Shown piece by piece: positions 18,028 through 27,208 of a DNA stretch of 43,594 bases. The stretch comes from Kagunavirus PDP21P8, in the sequence record OZ035783.1. The stretch is one strand, 5' to 3'. Position 1 is the first letter of the stretch, and every line of letters starts with the position of its first letter. The translations under genes were made by a program, and so were the position numbers. The notes beneath the pieces were generated by a model that saw only the letters and a list, made by a program, of their open reading frames with translations, was not told the DNA's origin and did not search any database.

Positions 18028-18539
18028 GCCAGGAATCAGTAGAAGCAGCCTATCGCCGTAAACTGGCCTCCAACCCGGACGGCGAAATTGACTACACGAC
18101 GCTGGAGATAGTGCATCCGCTTCTTTCGAAGCGGTATTTACTTGTGCGCGGAACTTCTGACCTGACGGCAACGTTAGAGACCGGAGAAGTAGTTACGTTT
18201 GAGGCCACACCAATGGAGGCTAAAGGGGCCGCCAACAATAATGATATGGACCAGCGGGCATCATTCGCACTACCCGACATCGGCAACCAGTTAGACGATG
18301 AGATGGATAGGATACCCCCCGATAATACCGTGTTGCCTAAGTTTATATTCCGCCGTTTTGTTAGTACCGATTTGTCTTATCCGGCGGATGGGCCTGTTGT
18401 GTACGAGTTGCAGTCAATAAACCAGGAAAAGGGGATATTCACCGCTGACGTCGGCGTACCTATGTTGAACCAAAGGGCCACTGGTGAACTAATGACCCCT
18501 TCGATGATCCCATTGTTACGCGGTGTTTTGTCTACATGA
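18024..18539 (+). CDS. minor tail protein
   Basis: ATG 18024 overlaps upstream stop (ATGA); position based. Confidence 0.45.
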   Translation: MSQESVEAAYRRKLASNPDGEIDYTTLEIVHPLLSKRYLLVRGTSDLTATLETGEVVTFEATPMEAKGAANNNDMDQRASFALPDIGNQLDDEMDRIPPDNTVLPKFIFRRFVSTDLSYPADGPVVYELQSINQEKGIFTADVGVPMLNQRATGELMTPSMIPLLRGVLST

Positions 18540-18901
18540 ACATTAATTCTTATACAGGGTTGCCGTACGATTTTCGCCGTCGTAATTGCTGGCACCATGT
18601 GCGTAACGTCCGTGCGGACGCGGGCCTGGCCACGCCTGAGTTTAACGTCGCATCGCCAACACAGATTAATGATGCATTTGAAGAAGGTCATAAAAACGCT
18701 AAAGGTCTCGTACGCGTAGAAACCCCGCAAAACTTTGATGCCGTTCTGATGGCAACACGGCACAGAAACCGTGTAATCTGGCACGCTGGCATATATTATG
18801 ATGGTATGGTCAGTCATTGCGAGCTAGCAAGTCGCCAGGTACGGTTAGACCGACTGGAAGACTTGCGCGAAACTTATGCGGAGATAGAATTTTGGCGCTG
18901 A
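18536..18901 (+). CDS. minor tail / tail assembly protein
   Basis: 121 aa, ATGA-coupled; position based. Confidence 0.4.
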   Translation: MNINSYTGLPYDFRRRNCWHHVRNVRADAGLATPEFNVASPTQINDAFEEGHKNAKGLVRVETPQNFDAVLMATRHRNRVIWHAGIYYDGMVSHCELASRQVRLDRLEDLRETYAEIEFWR

Positions 18902-21444
18902 TATTACATTACACCCGTAACGAAGACGGTACTTTTGACCGCAAACGGTATAACGTACCCCCGATGGAATACGTCGTTGCTAACATCCCAGACGGGGTAC
19001 CTGTGCGTATTTACCGCGGAGAGATTGGTGATGATACAGACGTAACGGAAAACTTCGAAGCGCTGAAAGAAGATGACGTTTTCCATATCATCGAGGGCGC
19101 TGGCGGCGGCGGTGGTTTTCTGGGTAAACTCCTGGACCCTTTGGGTGTGCTTAAATTTGTTACCAAGTTGATTTCTCCGTCGCAGAAAACGCCTAAAACG
19201 AGTTTAGCGAACCAGCAGGCGGAGTCCCCCAACAACAGCTTGACGGACCGAAACAATAAACCGCGTCCGTATGAACGGTCGTATGATATTTGCGGCAGGG
19301 TCCAGACTATCCCTAATAACCTCATGACTACGTATAAGGTCTTCAACGACGCAGGTGTGGTAGTTGAATACGGCTACTATGACGCCGGTCGCGGGTATCT
19401 TGATATTAAAGCCGAAGACATCACCGATGGCGATACTAAAGTACAGGAGATTACAGGAACTTCTGTAGCGGTATACGCCCCATTTACGTCCCCTAACAAC
19501 ACAAATACGCCTCAGCTTCTGGTAGGGGATCCTATTAATCAGAATCTATACATAACTATTGCCTCGAACGAGGTAGATGGGGTCGTTCTTAAAGCGCAGA
19601 ACGACATCAGGGTTAATCCCAGTGATACCGGGGAGATTTCATTGCAGGGGGCAACTGGTGTCGTCCGCGATAACACTGGCGACTCTGCTTTCTCTGAGAT
19701 TTTATCAGTTGGGGACATAGCTGTTTTTAACCTTATTCTGGTAAAAGACGTGGCTAACGTCAGTGGTAGCTATACCGTTACATACGTAGATGACTTTGAG
19801 GTAAGAGTAGCCGCCGGAGGGATGTTGTCAGAATGGCAAAAATTGCCATCAGGATTCACTCCTTTAACGCAAGGTACCGAAGCATGGATTTCACCATCTA
19901 ACACCTACGATAAGTCGTTAACGGACTGGACCACTTTAAACCGCCTGGAAATTGAACGCGTAGTAGCCAACATCGCGGCCGCGAATGGTATGTATAAAGA
20001 CAACGGCAGTAAATTGCGCACGTCGGTAACTGTCGAGCTTCAGTATCAACTCCTTGATGAAACTGGCGTGCCGTACGGGGATGTTTACTCAAAACAGGCC
20101 GTTATATCAGGTCGTTCTGCGGATTACACAGGTGTTACTATTTACGCCGACTTGCCCGTGCGGTCTAAAGTTAGAGTGCGCGCCCGCCGTGTTACTAACC
20201 TTGACCTTAGTTTCGAGGGAACCGTGGTAGATGAGGTTTCCTACATCAATCTTTATGGGCAGGTACGCGACACTACGCCGCATTACGGCAACCGTACTAC
20301 CGTGCACTCCGCACGTAAGCAGACGCCGCGGGCCGCGGAGATTAAGCAGCCGCAACTACGTATGGTTGCCACAGAGATGGTGTACAAATACCTCGGCAAC
20401 GGCGTATTCGACACGGTTATGACACCGAATACTCAGGCGATTCAGTCCTTAATCCGTCTTGCCCGCGACCCGGTAGTAGGTAATCTCAACCTAACCACAT
20501 CCAATATGGACAAGTTGTTAGCGACTCAGAACGAGATAGAAAACTATTTCGGTAACGCAGAGGCTGGTCAATTCTGCTACACTTTTGACGATTATAAAAT
20601 GACTATGCAGGACATAATCAGCACAATAGCCGACGCTATTTTCTGCACACCATATCGTAAAGGGCAAGACATATTACTGGATTTCGAGCGCCCGCGGATT
20701 GGCCCGGAGATGGTGTTCACCCACCGCAGTAAGACAACGGCTTCGGAAAAGTGGACGCGCACATTCAACGACGCTCAGGTATACGATAGTCTTAAGTTCT
20801 CCTATATTGACCCCGACACCAACGTAAAAGAGACTATTAGCATCCCGGCAGAAGGAGGTGTTAATACTGAAACGTATGACTCTAAAGGTATCCGTAACTA
20901 TCGACAGGCGTATTGGGCAGCTTATCGACGTTACCAGAAAAACTTGTTGAAGAAAGTCACGGTGTCCTTTACGGCGACAGAAGAAGGAGTTTTTGTGCTG
21001 CCTGGTCGCGCAATAAGCGTCGTTAAAGGTTCGCGCGTAGCGCCTCAAGACGGCTATGTTGTTGCCGTTAATGGTCTTACTCTGACTTTATCACAGCCTG
21101 TCACATTTACTCCGGGTGACGACCACTCTTTAATCCTTAAGAAGCGCGACGGTGGTGTCCAGAGCGTCGCTGTAGTTCCTGGAAGTCATGGCCGTGAAGT
21201 GGTTATGTTATCCGCGCCGCAGGAAGCAATTTATACAGGTAATAGCGCACTAAAAACTGAGTTTTCATTCGGCAACGAAGCAAGGCATAATGCTCAGATG
21301 ATTCTTGTTTCTACAGTTGACCCAGGAGACGACAGAACGGTTAAGATTACTGGGATTAACTACGAAGCAGATTTCTATAAATACGACGGCGTCGCACCTT
21401 TCGGTAGCGGTTTCTCCGGCGGATTCAGCAACGGTTTTAGTTAA
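18892..21444 (+). CDS. tail tip / central fibre protein
   Basis: large ORF after minor tail genes; start uncertain (TTG 18892 with SD GGAG, or ATG 18964). Confidence 0.5.
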   Translation: MALILHYTRNEDGTFDRKRYNVPPMEYVVANIPDGVPVRIYRGEIGDDTDVTENFEALKEDDVFHIIEGAGGGGGFLGKLLDPLGVLKFVTKLISPSQKTPKTSLANQQAESPNNSLTDRNNKPRPYERSYDICGRVQTIPNNLMTTYKVFNDAGVVVEYGYYDAGRGYLDIKAEDITDGDTKVQEITGTSVAVYAPFTSPNNTNTPQLLVGDPINQNLYITIASNEVDGVVLKAQNDIRVNPSDTGEISLQGATGVVRDNTGDSAFSEILSVGDIAVFNLILVKDVANVSGSYTVTYVDDFEVRVAAGGMLSEWQKLPSGFTPLTQGTEAWISPSNTYDKSLTDWTTLNRLEIERVVANIAAANGMYKDNGSKLRTSVTVELQYQLLDETGVPYGDVYSKQAVISGRSADYTGVTIYADLPVRSKVRVRARRVTNLDLSFEGTVVDEVSYINLYGQVRDTTPHYGNRTTVHSARKQTPRAAEIKQPQLRMVATEMVYKYLGNGVFDTVMTPNTQAIQSLIRLARDPVVGNLNLTTSNMDKLLATQNEIENYFGNAEAGQFCYTFDDYKMTMQDIISTIADAIFCTPYRKGQDILLDFERPRIGPEMVFTHRSKTTASEKWTRTFNDAQVYDSLKFSYIDPDTNVKETISIPAEGGVNTETYDSKGIRNYRQAYWAAYRRYQKNLLKKVTVSFTATEEGVFVLPGRAISVVKGSRVAPQDGYVVAVNGLTLTLSQPVTFTPGDDHSLILKKRDGGVQSVAVVPGSHGREVVMLSAPQEAIYTGNSALKTEFSFGNEARHNAQMILVSTVDPGDDRTVKITGINYEADFYKYDGVAPFGSGFSGGFSNGFS

Positions 21445-21456
21445 AGAGGACTCTAT

Positions 21457-23793
21457 ATGTCAAGCGGATGCGGTGACGTTTTAAGCCTGGCGGATTTACA
21501 AACCGCCAAGAAACACCAGATTTTCGAAGCCGAGGTTATCACCGGTAAATCCGGCGGTGTTGCTGGTGGCGCTGATATTGATTACGCGACCAATGCTGTT
21601 ACGGGCCAGACTCAAAAGACGCTCCCTGCCGTGTTGCGTGACGCTGGTTTTTCTCCTGTATCGTGGGACTTTTCCACCGGCGGTACGTTAACAGTTAATG
21701 ACCGCGACAAAGTGGTGTATGACCCTGTAAGTAAAACGTGGTACTCGTATACTGGGACTCTGCCGGTTGTTGTCCCCGCATCGTTTAACCCGGTTGGTAG
21801 CGCTAACTGGAAGCCGCAGACTGACCCGGATTTGCGCAATGATTTATCCAGCACAGACAATGCGACATTAGGTGATGCCATGGTCGGCGTCCGACAGCCA
21901 TTTACCGACGCTGTCGGCAGGACGCAACACGATAAAAATAGAGAAGTAGTTTCCGTTCTGGACTTCTATTTAGGTACTGACCCTGATTACACAAACGCCC
22001 TTAACCGAGCGCTTACAGCTAGTAACGGGGTGCTTGTACCGCAAGGGGAGTATAGTACGTCGCTACTCTCCCACCCGACATGCTCTCTATTTGGAACAGG
22101 GGGTGGGGTTTTAAAACAATCAAACGATTCTGGAAACCACTTAATCTTTGATAAACCTGCAGGAGGGCTACTTAGCACCCTGAGTATTGTAGGAAATAAG
22201 GCAACGGACCTCACACAGGGTCAGCAGGTTTCCTTCGCCGGTGGGCAGGACGTTACTATTAAAGGTATTGATTTTAAAAATGCAAAGGGAACTGGATTTA
22301 GTTTAATAGCATACCCTAATGATGGGGGTCCGTCTGGATACATTGTAAGCGGCATACGGGGCGACTACTCCGGGTATGCTACAAATAAAACAGCGGGGTG
22401 CGTGCTGTTTGAGTCCGCAAGTAATACTATAATCAACGATGTTATCGCCCGAAACTACCCCCAATTCGGGGCGGTTGAGTTGAAAACAGATGCTAAATGT
22501 AATGTTGTTAGTGGCGTCATTGGGCAAAGCTGTCAGCACGTTGTTTATAATGGCACCGAGACGACCAATGCCCCTAGCAGTAATATTATCAGTAATGTTG
22601 TTGCTAATAACGCTAAGTATGCCGCTGTGGTCACCGGCAAGGGTTCAGGTAATCTGGTGACAAATGTTGTAGCTGATTACTCCTCCTCCGAGGCCACGCA
22701 AGCACACGGCGTTACATTACAAGGCAACTATAATGCCGCTGATAATATTCTAATGGTTGGGTGCAGCGGAACTAATAGTTTAGGGCAAACGCAAACCGCG
22801 ACTTCTATTAGGTTTTTAGCCGGAGCTAGTAATAACTACGCATCGGTTTTCCCTATGTATAGTGCTTCCGGGGTTGTTACACTAGAGACAGGGACTACCC
22901 GTAACTTTGTGGAAGTAAAGCACCCTGGACCCAAGAACAGTCTTCTTAGTTCACTATCTACTATAACCGGGGCCTCTAGCATTGATGGTACTACCACCAG
23001 TAACGTGGTACACGCCCCCGCTATAGGACAATACATAGGGTCCATGTCCGGTAGGTTTGAGTGGTTCACTAAGTATATAGATACTTCTGCATTGCCTTTT
23101 GTGACAGCTGATAAATTCAGACTAATTTCCGATGGGACTACATCTTTGGCTATTGGTGGAGGTACGACCTCTCAGATAAAATTACTCACATCTGATAGTA
23201 CTTCTCGAACTATTTCTCTGGTTAATGGTAATTTACGCTTAGCCTCTGACGCATCGGCGTATATTCAAATAGCCCCGACGGCTATTACACCATCCAGCGC
23301 AAACACCGTCGCTATCGGGTCGGCAAGTCGCGCTTTGTCCGGCGGATTCACTCAAACAGCGTTTACGGTTACGTCTGACGAGAGAGCCAAGACACTACCC
23401 CTGGAATTAACTGACGCTATGTTAGACGCTTGGGCTGAGGTTAATTTAGTTCAATATAAGTACCTGGATAGGGTTGCAGAGAAGGGGGAGGATGCAGCTA
23501 GGTGGCACTTTGGAGTAGTAGCCCAACGAGCAATTGAGGCGTTTACCCGGCACGGGTTGGACGCGACTAAGTACGGTTTCCTGTGCTACGATAAGTGGGA
23601 AGCGTCTCCGGAAATTATTGATGAGGAATCTGGGGAAGTATTAACAAAAGCTACGGCGGCAGGGGAGCGGTATGGTATTCGTTATGATGAGGTATTGATA
23701 TTAGAGGCTGCGTTACAGCGACGTAAAGCAGCTCAGTTAGAGAAAAGGATTATAGCGCTTGAGACATTAGTGGCTACCCTGACAAACAGTTAA
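21457..23793 (+). CDS. tailspike/tail fibre with C-terminal intramolecular chaperone (peptidase S74-like)
   Basis: 778 aa; C-terminal ~130 aa (SDERAKTLPLELTD...WHFGVVAQ...LEKRIIALETLV) matches the endosialidase-type chaperone domain. Confidence 0.75.
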   Translation: MSSGCGDVLSLADLQTAKKHQIFEAEVITGKSGGVAGGADIDYATNAVTGQTQKTLPAVLRDAGFSPVSWDFSTGGTLTVNDRDKVVYDPVSKTWYSYTGTLPVVVPASFNPVGSANWKPQTDPDLRNDLSSTDNATLGDAMVGVRQPFTDAVGRTQHDKNREVVSVLDFYLGTDPDYTNALNRALTASNGVLVPQGEYSTSLLSHPTCSLFGTGGGVLKQSNDSGNHLIFDKPAGGLLSTLSIVGNKATDLTQGQQVSFAGGQDVTIKGIDFKNAKGTGFSLIAYPNDGGPSGYIVSGIRGDYSGYATNKTAGCVLFESASNTIINDVIARNYPQFGAVELKTDAKCNVVSGVIGQSCQHVVYNGTETTNAPSSNIISNVVANNAKYAAVVTGKGSGNLVTNVVADYSSSEATQAHGVTLQGNYNAADNILMVGCSGTNSLGQTQTATSIRFLAGASNNYASVFPMYSASGVVTLETGTTRNFVEVKHPGPKNSLLSSLSTITGASSIDGTTTSNVVHAPAIGQYIGSMSGRFEWFTKYIDTSALPFVTADKFRLISDGTTSLAIGGGTTSQIKLLTSDSTSRTISLVNGNLRLASDASAYIQIAPTAITPSSANTVAIGSASRALSGGFTQTAFTVTSDERAKTLPLELTDAMLDAWAEVNLVQYKYLDRVAEKGEDAARWHFGVVAQRAIEAFTRHGLDATKYGFLCYDKWEASPEIIDEESGEVLTKATAAGERYGIRYDEVLILEAALQRRKAAQLEKRIIALETLVATLTNS

Positions 23794-23823
23794 ATAAACA
23801 AGGCCCCAAACGGGGCCTTTTCT
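23794..23823. terminator. bidirectional rho-independent terminator
   Basis: AGGCCCC-aaac-GGGGCCT followed by TTTT; between convergent blocks. Confidence 0.6.
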
Positions 23824-23961
23824 CTACTCTTCTGATAACTTCTCCAGTACAAACGCCAGTTGCGCATTAGCGGCGTCTCTTTGCTGACGTAGCCGCAGAA
23901 CCTCTTCTTCGAGTTCCTTGATACGTTTTTGCAATGCCGGAATTGGGGCTATGATGTTCAT
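23824..23961 (-). CDS. small coiled-coil protein
   Basis: 45 aa ORF, ATG overlaps helicase stop (ATGA); below track cutoff. Confidence 0.3.
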   Translation of the reverse strand: MNIIAPIPALQKRIKELEEEVLRLRQQRDAANAQLAFVLEKLSEE

Positions 23962-25382
23962 TTCTTACCTCGTCTCTTCATGTAATTAAGCAACTCTTCC
24001 TGGACCGATTTCTTCTCGTCCGTACGCGCCGCAACAACCTCATCCAGCGTGTCTTTAGCAACGATGTGATAGAGGAACACCGGGCGCTCGTGGCCCGCCT
24101 GTTTCTGACGGACCGGGCCTATACGCTCGACAACCTGCAAATAGTGCTCAAGGTTCCAGCCTTGCGAGATGAATGCCAGATGCTGTCCGCCGTCCTGTAA
24201 ATTCAAACCATGACCGGCTGACGCAGGGTGGACACATAAGATTTCGATTTCCCCGCGGTTCCACGCTTCCATCTGCTTATTACCCTTGGCGCCTTTTGCA
24301 AACGCCTGTGCCTGCGGGAATCGCTTAAGGATGCGCTCCAGTTCATGCTTAAACTGATAAGCCACAAGCAACGGTGCGCCCTGTAACTCCTCAACGATAG
24401 ACTCCAGCGCATCCAGTTTCGTGTCGTGCACTTTCTCCCAGTCTTTGGTTGCCTCACCGTCTGGCCCCGACACATATACGGCACCGGAGGCAATCTGCAA
24501 ACACTTTGACGTCTTCGCCGCCGCGTTAGCCGCTTCAACTTCTCCGCTCTCCAGTTCCGCGAATAACTTCTCCTCCATATCGATGTACGCCTGACGCGCC
24601 TTCTTCGGCAGGTCGATTTCAACCGGAACAATAATCGGCGCTTCACACCCGAACCACTCAGCGGCGTCAATCGTGAGGCTTATGTCTTTCATCTTCTGGT
24701 GAATTTCATTATCCGCGCCCGGGCGTGCGTGGTACTCCCGCGCCATCGCCGACTTACCTTTCTGTACCGAGTTAAACCAGCGGTCGGTGAATGCCGTGTA
24801 GGAAGAACCGAGGCGCTCACCAGCGTCGATAAACCAGTTCTGACCCCACAGGTCTTTGAGGCCGTTTGGCGACGGCGTACCTGTCAGGTTAATGAACCGC
24901 TTAACCTTGCCGAACGCCACTTTGCTGAGTGCCTTCGCGCGCTTGCTGCCACCAGAACGGCTACGGAAAGATTTAAGTTTCGTGCTTTCATCGGCAACGA
25001 TAACCGTAAAAGGCCAGTCGTCTTTGCCGTAGTAGTCAATCAGCCACTCGATAACTTCGTAGTTGGTACACACCACGTTAGCATCTGACTCCAGCGCCGC
25101 GATGCGGCGTTTCTCTGAACCTGTCGCATCTACGACACGCAGGCACGGGAATCGCCATTTCTCTTGTTCTGCGGGCCATGTGCCGGACGCAACGCGCAGC
25201 GGGGCGAGGATTAACACGCGGTCGTCATCATTAAGCCGACCATTACGTAACAGTCGGTTTAACGCCCACAGTACGCTGCCGGTCTTCCCGGCGCCCATGC
25301 TTGCCCATATGTTACAGCGATTGTGCTGCAACATGAACGAGGTCATGAGCTTCTGGTACTCGCGCCTTTGAAACTTAGACAT
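23958..25382 (-). CDS. SNF2/DEAD-like helicase
   Basis: Walker A MGAGKTGS, DEST box; ATG 25382 preceded by GAGG; longer GTG start 25415 possible. Confidence 0.7.
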   Translation of the reverse strand: MSKFQRREYQKLMTSFMLQHNRCNIWASMGAGKTGSVLWALNRLLRNGRLNDDDRVLILAPLRVASGTWPAEQEKWRFPCLRVVDATGSEKRRIAALESDANVVCTNYEVIEWLIDYYGKDDWPFTVIVADESTKLKSFRSRSGGSKRAKALSKVAFGKVKRFINLTGTPSPNGLKDLWGQNWFIDAGERLGSSYTAFTDRWFNSVQKGKSAMAREYHARPGADNEIHQKMKDISLTIDAAEWFGCEAPIIVPVEIDLPKKARQAYIDMEEKLFAELESGEVEAANAAAKTSKCLQIASGAVYVSGPDGEATKDWEKVHDTKLDALESIVEELQGAPLLVAYQFKHELERILKRFPQAQAFAKGAKGNKQMEAWNRGEIEILCVHPASAGHGLNLQDGGQHLAFISQGWNLEHYLQVVERIGPVRQKQAGHERPVFLYHIVAKDTLDEVVAARTDEKKSVQEELLNYMKRRGKK

Positions 25383-26058
25383 GATTGGCCTCATGAACTG
25401 CTTTTGCGAAACCACGCGGGGTAAGGCTGCGTATTGTTTTTGTCCTCACCGATTTACCGCCTAATTTATTGTGTTGGTCGGAGTACCCATCAACCACGGC
25501 GACACATGATTTAACGGGCATCACAAAACCGTTACCCGCCCAAATACATGTCTTCTTAGGGTACGCGTCCCGCGGTTTTATGTATTCGGGGAACATTGGG
25601 TGCGTGTCGTCTTCGGGTAAATAGCCGCCGTATTCGTACGGATTGAACGAATAGTCAGGCTTGCGCCATAAAGACGAAAGAACGCTAACCGGGTTCTCAA
25701 TCATATAAGGTACGTTGTACTTTTTAGCCAGACGCGCAGCCACTTTGCATGTAATCACGGCCTCTACCTGAAAAGTTGGATTCTTCTTCCGCTTCGTTTC
25801 GAAATGCGCTGCGCCGCTAACAGCTAAATCTGTGCACGGAGGGAACGCAAAAATAATATCCGGCGCAACCTCGAAGTCGAATTTATTGTCAATCCACGCG
25901 TTTATATAGTGGATGTTCTCGTGTTCAACTTTTGCGCCCAATCGCGCGTAGTCGCCGTGGTCGGCACCGTCGTAGTTGAAACAATAGCAAGTATGGCCCG
26001 CTTCCGCCCACGGTTGGGCCATGAGGCCCGAACCGTCGAACAATGACCAGATAATCAT
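25375..26058 (-). CDS. DNA (cytosine-5)-methyltransferase-like protein, compact
   Basis: 227 aa; LFDGSG (motif I), FPPC (motif IV Pro-Cys), MIENP (motif VI ENV-like) with canonical spacing; no room for a normal target-recognition domain. Confidence 0.5.
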   Translation of the reverse strand: MIIWSLFDGSGLMAQPWAEAGHTCYCFNYDGADHGDYARLGAKVEHENIHYINAWIDNKFDFEVAPDIIFAFPPCTDLAVSGAAHFETKRKKNPTFQVEAVITCKVAARLAKKYNVPYMIENPVSVLSSLWRKPDYSFNPYEYGGYLPEDDTHPMFPEYIKPRDAYPKKTCIWAGNGFVMPVKSCVAVVDGYSDQHNKLGGKSVRTKTIRSLTPRGFAKAVHEANHV

Positions 26059-26246
26059 TTCGCCACCAGAACTAACTCTTTACGCCCGAACGCCGTAACG
26101 TTACCGGTTACGTCTTCGATAACCAGTTTACCGTTCGACTCTACGTACACCGTATCAACGGCAACAGGGCGACGGGTCTTAACATTGAAAATCATGTCGC
26201 CCGGTACGATGTCACGTGCTGGTTTGCGGTCGTATTCGTGTTTCAT
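26055..26246 (-). CDS. hypothetical protein
   Basis: 63 aa, ATGA-coupled to methyltransferase-like gene; SD AAGGAA. Confidence 0.45.
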   Translation of the reverse strand: MKHEYDRKPARDIVPGDMIFNVKTRRPVAVDTVYVESNGKLVIEDVTGNVTAFGRKELVLVAK

Positions 26247-26285
26247 TTCTCAATTCCTTATAGTTAAGGCCCCGAAGGGCCTGTA

Positions 26286-26540
26286 TTAGTTAGATAATTC
26301 GGCTTGAACTTGCTTAATAAGTTCTCCAGCCGTTGTGAAGTCTACGGACAGCCGTTTAGCTACGTCTTCCGCAAGCACTTTGCGGCCAACCGACCCGAAA
26401 CCCAGGATACGGTTTACTTCCGAAACCTTCATATACCATGAGTAATTAACTGATGCCCCTGTGTACTTACAGATTCGAACAGATGAATCGATTGAACCCA
26501 TAATCATGGTGTTTACTGACAGTTGAAGTTCGATAGCCAT
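26286..26540 (-). CDS. hypothetical protein
   Basis: 84 aa; SD AAGGAA; own promoter at 26575-26603. Confidence 0.45.
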   Translation of the reverse strand: MAIELQLSVNTMIMGSIDSSVRICKYTGASVNYSWYMKVSEVNRILGFGSVGRKVLAEDVAKRLSVDFTTAGELIKQVQAELSN

Positions 26541-26541
26541 T

Positions 26542-26871
26542 TTATAATTCCTTATATTGTTGGGGTATGTGCTTACTATAATAGTCTGCTATTAGGGTGT
26601 CAATCTGTTTTATCGAACCAACGACAAAAACATTCGCGCCACGTTTACGCATCCGCTCGTGCTCGCGTAACTGGTGTGGGTCTGGCTTCGTGCTTTCATC
26701 TTTCTTAACCTCAACGAACCAGATGATGCCGCCGGGGAGGATTACCAACAGGTCGGGCGCTCCGTTTCGGCCCTCATACACTATCTTACGAACGAGGCCC
26801 CCCAGGGCCTCGAATCGGTCTTTCGCGTATTTCTGTACGCGGCCCTCTTTAGTCATGGGCGTAGAACCCAA
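26542..26871 (-). CDS. VRR-NUC domain nuclease
   Basis: GAPDLLVIL...WFVEVKKDE matches PD-(D/E)xK core of VRR-NUC proteins. Confidence 0.65.
   Translation of the reverse strand: MGSTPMTKEGRVQKYAKDRFEALGGLVRKIVYEGRNGAPDLLVILPGGIIWFVEVKKDESTKPDPHQLREHERMRKRGANVFVVGSIKQIDTLIADYYSKHIPQQYKEL
26575..26603 (-). promoter_or_regulatory. sigma70-like promoter with operator in spacer
   Basis: minus-strand TTGACA-17 nt-TATAGT; spacer carries AATAG-tctg-CTATT; overlaps 3' end of VRR-NUC gene. Confidence 0.45.
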
Positions 26872-27208
26872 GTAAGGAAAGCCCCTCCTAGAACGGCAAC
26901 ACCGACAAACTTAAAGAACAGGCCATAACAGAACATCGTGGCTATTCCCGCCCCGAGTAACAGTGCAAGCATGGTTACTATTGTCCAAAATACAAACATT
27001 GTCATAATACGCGCCCCTCACGTTTCGTGTGCTCAACCCCGCAGCGCGGACAGATTCGACAGTCTTCTTCATAGAACCAGTAGATTTTCATTCCAGCACC
27101 CACAGATAAATTGCGATGAACATACCTAATACGGCTACAATCATGCCGTATTGGCCCTCGTGACAGTAGACACCGGCGGCAAATCCCGCCAGTACTGCGA
27201 TAATCAGT

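Noticed and set aside
18817-18901. ORF-track start at 18817 for the tail tip protein
   Set aside because: Would overlap the upstream gene by 85 nt; TTG 18892 (with SD) or ATG 18964 are more plausible starts.
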